This document shows, piece after piece, positions 8,941 to 17,914 of a DNA stretch of 45,537 nt. A model generated the notes under the pieces. That model worked only from the letters and a program-made list of their open reading frames with translations, was not told the DNA's origin and made no database searches. Each line of letters begins with the position of its first letter. Positions within the stretch are counted from its first letter, which is position 1. This DNA comes from Puia sp. GTDB taxonomy: Bacteria > Bacteroidota > Bacteroidia > Chitinophagales > Chitinophagaceae. A program made the translations under genes and the position numbers. Where the stretch lies: NCBI GenBank assembly GCA_035485835.1, contig DATHNR010000301.1, positions 1-45,537 of the forward strand, written 5' to 3'.

Positions 8941-11046
8941 TTATTTTCGGAACAATAATGAATAATGATTTCCTGTTATATTTATTGCGTAAAAAATATA
9001 TACACCTCTTGATATTATTTCTTCACCCAATGGTAGATAATTCCTGCCTTCAGCAAGTTTCATGGCCCCTCTTTTAACGATCTTACCCTGAACTGAGCTG
9101 ATCTCATATTTCAATTCATCCCGCTGGTCAGATTGAATTAGTAGCTGGCTGGAACCCGAAGAATTATTCATTCCGAGCCAATTAAACAGGATATTCCTGC
9201 CATCCATTTTAAAAAAAACGATGTTTCCTTCGTATTCATTTCTGTGTATATCCACCATTCTGATTCTAAAATAATGATCTCCGATGGCCAGGGGATTGTT
9301 ATAAGTCCAGCTATAGTTCTTTTGCTGATTTATCGCCATGATATTTGCGATAAGAATAGGATGACCGCTGGTTTCTTCATATAAATCAAAATGGTCAGGT
9401 GTTACCGGGCTTTCTATTGTCCAGTTAAATACCGGCTTTTCCGATATTTCTTTCACATCCATTTTAATCATTGTCATTGGCAACGGGTTTTCCATGTTCA
9501 GGGTGCTGGCCAAAGTATAATCAATAGCTGCAAAATCAATATCTCCGCTAATAACAGAACCCTGAATAAAATTTCCGGTACTTGTTTCATGCCCGGCATC
9601 CTCCCATTTCCCGGATTGGAATTTTGCCACGTTTAAATGTTCGGGGTCTGTGACACCTCCGCTTTGCACTGAGGAAAAGGATAATTCAATTTTTGCTTTA
9701 TCGTTTAATTCCCCGTCTGCAATTACCTTCCAATATTCAAGTTTTGAAATATGATCCAGCCCGTTTTCTAATACAGTTCCAATTGAAGCAGGGTCCTGAT
9801 GAAAATATTCAACAGTGTAATTTCCACTCGGATTCTTTAATTCCAGCCAGCGAAGGTTTTTATCCTTTCCTACTGGAAACAAAAAATGATCCAGTTGATT
9901 CAAACCCAGCTTTCGGAGAGGCCCTGCAATATATGATTCGGTAAGACGGGAACTATCGATAATAATACTGCATACGGTATCCAGTGTTAGCATAGCATCT
10001 ATCGTACTTATAATCTCTCCCCTGTTTAATTCTAGTTTCCAGGGAAGTGTAAGTGGTTGACGAAGTTCAGATCCGGCTGAATTATTAATGCGGAATCCAA
10101 CCTGGTTAAGAATGAGTCCCGACATGTCTATTTCCTGCATTCGGACTCCATTCAATTCCAGCCAGGGATTCCCATTAGAAGTTTCTGTGATGATTGCAGA
10201 AGGCGACTGGTACAAATCTCCTTGTATGCGAAGAACAGAATTATCACCGTTTCCGGATGCCAGGTTCAGGCGACCTCCTTCCTGAATAAAATCTCCCTCT
10301 ACCTGAATATTACCATTTATTCCACTCAAGTCCATGCTCATACTAACGTTTGCTCCTATGCGCAGATTTCCGCGGACCAAAAGGGGATTTGCCCCAGTAC
10401 AAGTATAATTTACCGAATTACCAAAAGCCGTAGAATGCAATTCGAGACAACCATAGATCCTGTTACTGACTGAAATAGTATAAGATGCTCTGGGCACATC
10501 AAAATCAAAAATTCCCTGTTCTGTTCCGGAAGCTGTGGATAAAAATCTTAAGATATTGTTTGCATGTGATCCGCGGGTCTGGTGAATATACCGGCCTCCA
10601 TCGTAAATGATAATTGAATCTGCTATCTGGAGAGACTCACCAGAAGAAATCCCTGATATATTTCGAAAAATGGCGCCGTCATGTAATTCAATGCCATAAC
10701 CGGGACCAGTAACTGTAAATGCATTGGCATTAATATTCGAAGAAGGTAAAATAACCTCAATATTTCGACCAGGCGAAGGATTTATAATAAGAGTTTTTAC
10801 AATGACCACAACATCTGGAAGCAATATTGTGAATGATAGTGGCACATTTCTGTTATCCAGTAATACATCATCGGTAGAAAGAGGTAAACTCCTATCTGTC
10901 CAGTTCAATGGATTTGACCAATTCGAATCCCCGCCAAGACCCGACCAGATCTTGACTTCAGCTTTAAGAAAAGCCGGAAAAAATATTATTAGAATTATTG
11001 AACAGATGATTATTCCTTTATTTGGATGGTTCGTTGAACGCATCAT
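8941..11046 (-). CDS. Large secreted protein, beta-helix-like, with probable degenerate T9SS C-terminal domain
   Basis: Signal peptide; 'WSGLGGDSNWSNPLNW' N-terminal motif; 'FLFPVGK'; 'NPLPMTM' linker before an Ig-like domain with 'YFRIRMVD'; C-terminal 'SRGVYIF...FRK'. Confidence 0.7.
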   Translation of the reverse strand: MMRSTNHPNKGIIICSIILIIFFPAFLKAEVKIWSGLGGDSNWSNPLNWTDRSLPLSTDDVLLDNRNVPLSFTILLPDVVVIVKTLIINPSPGRNIEVILPSSNINANAFTVTGPGYGIELHDGAIFRNISGISSGESLQIADSIIIYDGGRYIHQTRGSHANNILRFLSTASGTEQGIFDFDVPRASYTISVSNRIYGCLELHSTAFGNSVNYTCTGANPLLVRGNLRIGANVSMSMDLSGINGNIQVEGDFIQEGGRLNLASGNGDNSVLRIQGDLYQSPSAIITETSNGNPWLELNGVRMQEIDMSGLILNQVGFRINNSAGSELRQPLTLPWKLELNRGEIISTIDAMLTLDTVCSIIIDSSRLTESYIAGPLRKLGLNQLDHFLFPVGKDKNLRWLELKNPSGNYTVEYFHQDPASIGTVLENGLDHISKLEYWKVIADGELNDKAKIELSFSSVQSGGVTDPEHLNVAKFQSGKWEDAGHETSTGNFIQGSVISGDIDFAAIDYTLASTLNMENPLPMTMIKMDVKEISEKPVFNWTIESPVTPDHFDLYEETSGHPILIANIMAINQQKNYSWTYNNPLAIGDHYFRIRMVDIHRNEYEGNIVFFKMDGRNILFNWLGMNNSSGSSQLLIQSDQRDELKYEISSVQGKIVKRGAMKLAEGRNYLPLGEEIISRGVYIFYAINITGNHYSLLFRK

Positions 11047-11099
11047 GCAAAATAAGGAGGACGACCATGGAAGTCAATACTACTTTGAGGTAGGGGTAC

Positions 11100-11134
11100 A
11101 AAAAAAATGTCCCTCCCAATTTACCAGGAGGGAC
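11100..11134 (-). terminator. Intrinsic terminator after the small lipoprotein gene
   Basis: Stem GTCCCTCC/GGAGGGAC (11109-11134) next to a + strand A-run (U-tract on minus). Confidence 0.7.
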
Positions 11135-11152
11135 TAAGTTCAGATAAATTCA

Positions 11153-11386
11153 TTATTTCTTCACTGCTTTTTTTGCACTATCAGCTACTGCGCCAATTTT
11201 CGCTTTTGCAGTATCTGCAACAGCTTTTATTGTTGAATCAACTTTTACTGCAGCTGAATCAACCACTTTTTTTGTAGTGTCAACCGTAGTTGTTACTGCA
11301 GAATCAGTTTTAGCAGCGGCATCACCGCTTCCACTGCAGGATGTCATTGACGCAGCGATAATAAGAACGGAAAGTAATTTTTTCAT
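11153..11386 (-). CDS. Small Ala/Lys/Thr-rich lipoprotein
   Basis: 'MKKLLSVLIIAASMTSC' lipobox, repeated 'VDS/ADT.K' units; -7 element TACCTTTG at 11408-11415 (minus). Confidence 0.8.
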   Translation of the reverse strand: MKKLLSVLIIAASMTSCSGSGDAAAKTDSAVTTTVDTTKKVVDSAAVKVDSTIKAVADTAKAKIGAVADSAKKAVKK

Positions 11387-11465
11387 TGAGGTTATTTTTA
11401 TTGGCGGCAAAGGTACTATTTTCCGCTAATATTCCAAAGCATTCAGCATTTTAAATGCCAGTCTT

Positions 11466-12779
11466 TTATTTTTTTCGAAAGTAAATTCGTATTGGAACCC
11501 CCTCTAAAGGAAAGCTTTTACGCATTTGGTTCTCGAGATAATTTCGGTAAGGCTGTTTGATATCTTCGGGGTAATTACTGAAAAAAGCAAATGATGGTAC
11601 CGGTGTCGGTAACTGGGAAACATATTTTATTTTTATTGCATTACCGCGAACTACGGGGGCATGATAACTTTCGACTGCTTTAAGCATCACATCATTGAGT
11701 TTAGAAGTCGGTATTTTCCTGCTCCGGTTTTCAAATACTTCCAAAGCCGTTTCAATAACTTTGAAAATTCGGGTCTTCTCTTTGGCAGAAATAAAAATAA
11801 TCGGGAGGTCAGTAAATGGAGCAAATCGTTCCTTGAGCTTGGCCTCATAATCCCTGGAAGTATTGGTCTCTTTATCGACGAGGTCCCATTTATTTACCAC
11901 AATAACAACCCCCTTCCCTTTTTTTACAGCCAAACTGAAGATATTAAGGTCCTGAGCGGTCAGACCTTTTTCTGCATCCAGAAGTAACAGGCACACATCG
12001 GCTTCATCCATTGCTTTAATAGCACGGATTACAGAATAAAACTCAAGATCCTCATGCACTTTTGTCTTCCTTCTAATTCCGGCAGTATCTATCAATACAA
12101 ATTCTTTATGAAAAAGATTATAATGGGTATGAATACTATCACGGGTTGTACCGGCGATTTCACTTACAATAGTTCTTTCACTTCCTACAAGAGCATTAAG
12201 AAGGGAAGATTTTCCCACATTCGGCTGACCTATAATCGCAAATTTTGGAAGGGCCGTTCCTGAATCTTCTTCATCTTCGGTTTTGGGAATGAGTGCTGCA
12301 ATTGCATCCAGCAATTCGCCGGTGCCACTTCCGCTCATTGCAGAGATAAAATAAATATTGTCAAATCCCAGGCTATAAAATTCGGCGGCTTCAAGTAGTC
12401 GGTCACTATTATCAACTTTATTCACAACGAGGAATACGGGTTTTACAGAACGGCGCAGCAGATCGGCCATGGACTCATCGAGAGTTGTGATCCCGGTAAC
12501 TGTGTCGGTCATGAAAATGACAGCATTGGCTTCTTCCACCGCGATCAAAACCTGCTTTTTTATTTCCTGTTCGAATACGTCGTCACTTTCCGGAACAAAC
12601 CCACCTGTATCAATGATATTAAAATTTTTACCGTTCCAGTCGGCCACTCCATATTGTCTGTCCCTTGTTACACCACTCTGGTCATCCACAATGGCTTTGC
12701 GCTGTTCAAGTAAACGATTAAAAAGTGTGCTCTTACCAACATTGGGTCTCCCTGTTATTGCTACCGTAAATCCGGACAT
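11466..12779 (-). CDS. der: Ribosome biogenesis GTPase Der
   Basis: Two tandem GTPase domains (GRPNVGKS/DTGG/NKVD and GQPNVGKS/DTAG/NKWD) plus KH-like C-terminus. Confidence 0.99.
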   Translation of the reverse strand: MSGFTVAITGRPNVGKSTLFNRLLEQRKAIVDDQSGVTRDRQYGVADWNGKNFNIIDTGGFVPESDDVFEQEIKKQVLIAVEEANAVIFMTDTVTGITTLDESMADLLRRSVKPVFLVVNKVDNSDRLLEAAEFYSLGFDNIYFISAMSGSGTGELLDAIAALIPKTEDEEDSGTALPKFAIIGQPNVGKSSLLNALVGSERTIVSEIAGTTRDSIHTHYNLFHKEFVLIDTAGIRRKTKVHEDLEFYSVIRAIKAMDEADVCLLLLDAEKGLTAQDLNIFSLAVKKGKGVVIVVNKWDLVDKETNTSRDYEAKLKERFAPFTDLPIIFISAKEKTRIFKVIETALEVFENRSRKIPTSKLNDVMLKAVESYHAPVVRGNAIKIKYVSQLPTPVPSFAFFSNYPEDIKQPYRNYLENQMRKSFPLEGVPIRIYFRKK

Positions 12780-12805
12780 GTATTTAAAATATTAAAATGC
12801 AAAAA

Positions 12806-13672
12806 TTAATAGCCATATTCTCGCAGCTGCCATTCATTGTCGCGCCATTTAGGCCTGACTTTCACAAAAAGCTCCAGAAAAACTTTTCTACCGATAAATG
12901 CTTCAATCTCTTTACGCGCATCCGTTCCTAACTGCCGTATCATCTTCCCTCCTTCACCCAGTAAAATGCCTTTTTGCGTTTCGCGCTGTACAATGATATC
13001 TGCCTGTATCTTGGTGAGCGTATCTTTTTCCTTGAATTCCTGAACTATAACTGCTGTATGATATGGAATTTCATCACTATACATACTGAAGATTCTCTCC
13101 CTGATCATTTCCCCAACAAAAAACTTTACCGGACGATCTGTCAATTCATCACCATCAAAAAAAGGCTCACCTTCCGGAAGAAATTGTATGACGCGTTCCA
13201 ATAAAAGATCTGTGTTGATTCTTTTAAGTGCGGATATCGCCAATACGCCGTTAGTATATTTTTTATTTTTAAAAAATTCAGTTGCTGAGGCGATTTCCTG
13301 CTCAGCCATACGCTCTGATTTATTTATCAGAACCAACGCTGGTACTTTCAGGTTTAAACCGGAAAAAATCATGTCATTCTCTTCCAGGTTGTCCTTACCA
13401 TCCAGGAGCAACAAGGCCAGGTCTGTATCAAGAACAGCCTGCTTCACCGAATCCATCATTTTTTCATGAAGCTTATATCTGGGATCTATAATACCGGGTG
13501 TATCTGAGAGAATCATCTGGTATCCAGGAGCCGTCAGAATGCCCTTGATACGGTGACGTGTTGTTTGAACCTTATATGAGACAATAGCCAGTTTTTCACC
13601 CATGAGGGTATTTAACAATGTACTCTTTCCCGCATTGGGCTTTCCAAACAAATTGACAAATCCTGATTTCAT
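12806..13672 (-). CDS. era: GTPase Era
   Basis: 'GKPNAGKS', 'QTTR', 'DTPG', KH domain with 'QKGILLGEGG' and 'LELFVKV'. Confidence 0.98.
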   Translation of the reverse strand: MKSGFVNLFGKPNAGKSTLLNTLMGEKLAIVSYKVQTTRHRIKGILTAPGYQMILSDTPGIIDPRYKLHEKMMDSVKQAVLDTDLALLLLDGKDNLEENDMIFSGLNLKVPALVLINKSERMAEQEIASATEFFKNKKYTNGVLAISALKRINTDLLLERVIQFLPEGEPFFDGDELTDRPVKFFVGEMIRERIFSMYSDEIPYHTAVIVQEFKEKDTLTKIQADIIVQRETQKGILLGEGGKMIRQLGTDARKEIEAFIGRKVFLELFVKVRPKWRDNEWQLREYGY

Positions 13673-13682
13673 AAAACGGCTG

Positions 13683-13690
13683 CAAAGTTA
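13683..13690 (-). promoter_or_regulatory. -7 promoter element for era-der
   Basis: TAACTTTG on the minus strand, 10 nt before the ATG. Confidence 0.6.
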
Positions 13691-13780
13691 ACCTTTCACA
13701 AACCAATTGACTACTATAATAACCACTTTATGGCCTTGTTAAGGAAATGAAGAATTATGTGAATTATCATTAAAATTGTG

Positions 13781-13788
13781 TAGCTTTG
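13781..13788 (+). promoter_or_regulatory. -7 promoter element for yceI
   Basis: TAGCTTTG, followed by an A-rich leader to ATG 13814. Confidence 0.55.
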
Positions 13789-13813
13789 ATGTTTGAACAT
13801 TAAATAAATAATC

Positions 13814-14347
13814 ATGGCAACTCCGAAGTGGATTATCGATCCTTCGCATTCAGAAATTCAGTTTAAGATACGTCACCTAATGATTACCAATGTAACCGGT
13901 TCTTTTGGAAAGTTCAATGCCGAAATCGAAGGAGGAGATAAGGATTTTTCTTCTTCCAAAATCAGTTTTACAGCAGATGTTGATTCTATTTCCACAAATA
14001 ACGAACAACGTGATGGTCATTTGAAAAGTGCAGATTTTTTTGATATAACAAAAAACCCTACCGTGACATTTGTCAGCACAAAACTGGAAAAGATTTCAAA
14101 TGAGGAATATACCCTTTTTGGCAACCTGACAATGCACGGTGTGACAAAACCTGTAAAATTGAATGTTGAACACGGAGGTGTTATCACTGATCCCTGGGGT
14201 AAGACAAGATCCGGTTTTACAATTGAAGGAAAGATCAACCGTAAGGAATTCGGTCTTGAATGGAATTCTCCTACCGAAACCGGCGGATTTGTATTAGGAG
14301 ACGAAGTTAAAATGCATGCAAATGTCCAATTTGTAAAGCAGGTATAA
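13814..14347 (+). CDS. yceI: YceI-family polyisoprenoid-binding protein
   Basis: 'WIIDPSHSEIQF', 'RDGHLKSADFFD', 'GNLTMHGVTK', 'INRKEFG'. Confidence 0.93.
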   Translation: MATPKWIIDPSHSEIQFKIRHLMITNVTGSFGKFNAEIEGGDKDFSSSKISFTADVDSISTNNEQRDGHLKSADFFDITKNPTVTFVSTKLEKISNEEYTLFGNLTMHGVTKPVKLNVEHGGVITDPWGKTRSGFTIEGKINRKEFGLEWNSPTETGGFVLGDEVKMHANVQFVKQV

Positions 14348-14383
14348 TTGATTTATTCCGTGGGACCCAATATATTTGATCCC

Positions 14384-15898
14384 ATGAAAATAATTTTAGG
14401 TCTGTTTTTAACCGGATCAGTATTTTTTTGTTTCGGACAAAAAAATACTGATCCGTTGGTTTTTGGAAATAGTATTAAAGCAGAAAATCTTCAAAAGCAT
14501 TTATATGAGATTGCTGGACCTGCATACGAAGGAAGGGAAACAGCCACTGCAGGTCAACGCAAAGCAGCCGCATACATTGAAAATTATTTTAGAAGTCTGG
14601 GGCTGAAACCAGGCAACAAAGACAGTTTTCAGCTGGCCTACCCGGTGTACCAGGACAGTCTCTTGTCTTCGGGAATTGTTATAAACGGAATATCCTACTC
14701 AATAAATAAGAATTTTGATACACGAATTTCCAGCGCATATTCAACTTCATTTGGAACATCAGAAATTGTTTTTGCAGGATTTGGAATATCCGATTCTCTT
14801 CGCGATGATTATAAAGATTTACAGGTCGCTGGTAAAATAGTACTGGTTTTAAATTCTTATCCTCCCGGCTTTATACAGGCTCAGACAAATAGAAGGACTT
14901 TTAATCCATACGCGAAACAGGATGCAGCCCAGGCTCATGGCGCAGTAGCTGTTTTCATTATTCAAGAAGATTTTCCGCATCAGGGTGTTCCGGATAAAGG
15001 AATGATGTATCGGAATTATTACCGTTCGAAGGTACGTCCCAATAGTTTCTATATTTCCGTTGGGATGGCGAGAAGTATTATGGGTCAGGATTATGATTTG
15101 GCAAAAGCCGGCTCACTGGGACACAAAACTTATTCTGCAAATATTTGGGTATCGATCCTGAAAGAAACGAAAATGCTGCAAAGCACTGATGTATTGGGGT
15201 ACCTGGAAGGAACTGACCTTAAAGAACAGCTGCTCGTAATATCTGCGCATTACGATCATCTTGGTAAAAAAGATTCCGTTATTTATTTTGGAGCGGACGA
15301 TGACGGTTCCGGCACAGTTAGTCTGCTTGAACTGGCAGCGGCTTTTTCTAAAGCAAAGGCTTCCGGCAAGGGACCACGAAGGAGTATACTATTCCTTGCA
15401 AACTCAGGGGAAGAAAAAGGATTATGGGGATCTGAATATTATACCGACAATCCCGTTTATCCGCTGGATAAAACCACCGCGGATCTCAACATTGATATGA
15501 TTGGAAGGAAAGATCCGGGGAAAAAGCAAGGTGATTCGAATAATTATGTTTTTATCGTAGGCGATGATAAACTCAGTACTGACCTGCACAAGATCAGTGT
15601 CGATATGAATAAAAAATATACCGGGCTCGAGCTTGATTATAAATTTAATAACCCGAAAGATCCGGAGAGAATTTATTACAGGAGTGACCATTACAATTTT
15701 GCACGTAAAGGGGTACCGATCATATTCTATTTTGATGGTATTCATCCAGATTATCATAAACCTTCTGATACCCCAGATAAAATTAATTATGATCTAATGA
15801 CAAAAAGAGCTAAACTGGTTTTTTATACTGCATGGGAAATGGCTAATCGTGATGATATGCTTAAACGTGATCTCCCTTCGGTTAGTAGCGAACGGTAG
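14384..15898 (+). CDS. M28 family aminopeptidase with PA domain
   Basis: Signal peptide from ATG 14384; 'SAHYDHLG', 'GADDDGSG', 'GEEKGLWGS', 'NIDMIG', 'RSDH', 'DYHKPSD'. Confidence 0.92.
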   Translation: MKIILGLFLTGSVFFCFGQKNTDPLVFGNSIKAENLQKHLYEIAGPAYEGRETATAGQRKAAAYIENYFRSLGLKPGNKDSFQLAYPVYQDSLLSSGIVINGISYSINKNFDTRISSAYSTSFGTSEIVFAGFGISDSLRDDYKDLQVAGKIVLVLNSYPPGFIQAQTNRRTFNPYAKQDAAQAHGAVAVFIIQEDFPHQGVPDKGMMYRNYYRSKVRPNSFYISVGMARSIMGQDYDLAKAGSLGHKTYSANIWVSILKETKMLQSTDVLGYLEGTDLKEQLLVISAHYDHLGKKDSVIYFGADDDGSGTVSLLELAAAFSKAKASGKGPRRSILFLANSGEEKGLWGSEYYTDNPVYPLDKTTADLNIDMIGRKDPGKKQGDSNNYVFIVGDDKLSTDLHKISVDMNKKYTGLELDYKFNNPKDPERIYYRSDHYNFARKGVPIIFYFDGIHPDYHKPSDTPDKINYDLMTKRAKLVFYTAWEMANRDDMLKRDLPSVSSER

Positions 15899-15987
15899 TT
15901 TTGTCTAAAAAGAATAATCCCCGGTAAATGATTTATTCACCAGGGACCATCGCGTAAGCGTAACTTTATTTAAAACCTAACTTTGTT

Positions 15988-16215
15988 TTAATTTTTAGGT
16001 TCTGGTGCCGAAACAGGTTTTTGAGGTTCATTTAGGCCATTTTCAAATTCTTGTTTTACATTATTCTTTGCATCATTGAATTCACGCATTCCTTTTCCGA
16101 GTCCTTTCATGAATTCAGGGATTTTTTTACCACCAAATAAAACAAGCACTGCGATAACGATCAGAATCCATTCGCTGCCCCCGGGCATTGATAATAAAAA
16201 CAAGTGATTTGTCAT
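15988..16215 (-). CDS. tatA: Twin-arginine translocase TatA/E subunit
   Basis: '[35 protein letters not shown]'. Confidence 0.95.
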   Translation of the reverse strand: MTNHLFLLSMPGGSEWILIVIAVLVLFGGKKIPEFMKGLGKGMREFNDAKNNVKQEFENGLNEPQKPVSAPEPKN

Positions 16216-16514
16216 TTTAATCCGGTTTTAATCGATAAAAGTACTCCTTAATCATCACTCGCGCAAATCCATCAATCCCGAATTCGTTCATTTGGAAATT
16301 CGAGCCATAGTTTTGATCTTCAAGACTGTTTCATTACTCACACCTCAAATTGGGCTGCAGAAAAACACCATAATCATTGATTCTCACATCATTGAAACCG
16401 TAATTGCACTTGCTAACTCTAATGAAATACCCTTAGCTAAAGCAAGTTCCTATTTCAAAGACTGATTATCAGATAATTATTTGTAATTTACCTGAAACGA
16501 TTGCTCACATTAAA

Positions 16515-16958
16515 ATGGCCGGAATGAAAAAAGTATCAGATATTTTTCTTCATAAAGAAAGGAAAATAACCGCTGTCCCCCCTTCAACTTCAGTTTTGGA
16601 AGCACTTAGAATTATGTCTATCCAGAATATAGGTTCAGTAATGGTTGTGGAGAATCAGGATTATCTGGGAATCATGACTGAAAGGGATTATTCGAGAAAA
16701 GTAATTTTGAAAGGAAAATCATCGACTGATACTCCTGTGTCGGAAATTATGTCGAACGACTTGCCAGCTGTAAATCTCCACGATAGTATTGAACACTGTA
16801 TGCAATTGATGGCAGATAAAAATATACGATATCTCCCGGTTTTCGAGCAGGATAAAATTTACGGAGTAGTATCTATTCACGATCTGATCCGCGAAACAAT
16901 CCAGCACCAACAGGAAACTATTTCACAATTAAAAGATTACCTGCATGCAAGCATGTAG
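16515..16958 (+). CDS. Stand-alone CBS-pair protein
   Basis: 'LGIMTERDY', 'VSEIMS', 'IRYLPV', 'GVVSIHDL'. Confidence 0.92.
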   Translation: MAGMKKVSDIFLHKERKITAVPPSTSVLEALRIMSIQNIGSVMVVENQDYLGIMTERDYSRKVILKGKSSTDTPVSEIMSNDLPAVNLHDSIEHCMQLMADKNIRYLPVFEQDKIYGVVSIHDLIRETIQHQQETISQLKDYLHASM

Positions 16959-16959
16959 T

Positions 16960-16997
16960 AAAAAATTAAGACTTCGTTTGTTTACGAAGTCTTAATT
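16960..16997 (-). terminator. Strong intrinsic terminator (U-tract on minus; may be bidirectional)
   Basis: 14-bp perfect stem AATTAAGACTTCGT/ACGAAGTCTTAATT with a 6-nt loop; A-run at 16960-16965. Confidence 0.8.
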
Positions 16998-17052
16998 CCA
17001 GATATCCGCTCAGGCGGATCAGGAAACAGATTCCAAACTACTTCAATTCAGG

Positions 17053-17139
17053 CTAAATATAATTTGCATATAAATTACCTGACCGGGTCTCAACCGTTTC
17101 GAGTTTTCTTCCGATATAGTTTATTACAGTAAGAACCAT
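17053..17139 (-). CDS. Candidate 28-aa small protein MVLTVINYIGRKLETVETRSGNLYANYI
   Basis: ATG preceded by A-rich AATTAAAAAAACTGGT, ends at TAG, followed by hairpins and the 16960-16997 terminator. Below the ORF-track cutoff. Confidence 0.4.
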   Translation of the reverse strand: MVLTVINYIGRKLETVETRSGNLYANYI

Positions 17140-17242
17140 ACCAGTTTTTTTAATTCACAGAATTTAAATCCTTACAATAATATAAGGCAATAATGAGGAT
17201 TTTTTGAATCAGATCGAAGATTTTATACCTCAGATTATTACA

Positions 17243-17914
17243 TTATCTGCCAATGATCCGGGTTTTGCCGTTATTAAATCCGAGGACAAGTTTGCTGGCA
17301 ATTCGAATAAATAAACCATTATCCACAACGCCGGTAATGGCGTTCACTGCTTCGTGCAGGTCAGGAGGATCTTCAATTTCATTGAAAGAGCAATCGGCAA
17401 TATAGTTTCCATTATCAGTTATATAAGGTTCGTTTCCCACCATTCTTCTTTTTGTTTCACACCCCAGCCTTTCCAATTTCTCAAAAGTTCGTTGCCATCC
17501 GAAATGAACTACTTCTACAGGTAATGGAAACCTCCCCAAAGTTTTAACCCATTTAGATTCATCAGCCACTACGATCATCTGCTTACTATTGGAAGCCACT
17601 ATTTTTTCTCTCAGAAGGGCGCCCCCTCCTCCTTTAATTAATTGTAATTGCGCATCTACTTCATCTGCTCCATCAATGGTTACATCGATGGAACTGATTG
17701 TTGAAAAATCGAAGATAGGTATGCCCAGACTTTTAGCATGTTCCTCAGAACGTATGGAAGTTGCAATTGCCCTGATTTTCCAATTTTCCTTTTTTACTTT
17801 TTCGCCTATTTTTTCAATTGCCCAATAAGCGGTCGAACCAGTACCCAGTCCAATCGTCATACCGTTTTCCAGGAATGAAACAGCTTTTTCAGCTGCCAGT
17901 TGTTTTGGATTCAT
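17243..17914 (-). CDS. rpiA: Ribose-5-phosphate isomerase A
   Basis: 'IGLGTGST', 'DGADEVD', 'IKGGGGALLREK', 'TDNGN'. Confidence 0.98.
   Translation of the reverse strand: MNPKQLAAEKAVSFLENGMTIGLGTGSTAYWAIEKIGEKVKKENWKIRAIATSIRSEEHAKSLGIPIFDFSTISSIDVTIDGADEVDAQLQLIKGGGGALLREKIVASNSKQMIVVADESKWVKTLGRFPLPVEVVHFGWQRTFEKLERLGCETKRRMVGNEPYITDNGNYIADCSFNEIEDPPDLHEAVNAITGVVDNGLFIRIASKLVLGFNNGKTRIIGR

Noticed and set aside
16216-16514. tatA-CBS divergent gap as an ncRNA
   Set aside because: Only a weak ACTTGCT/AGCAAGT pairing and no terminator; explainable as two promoter regions.
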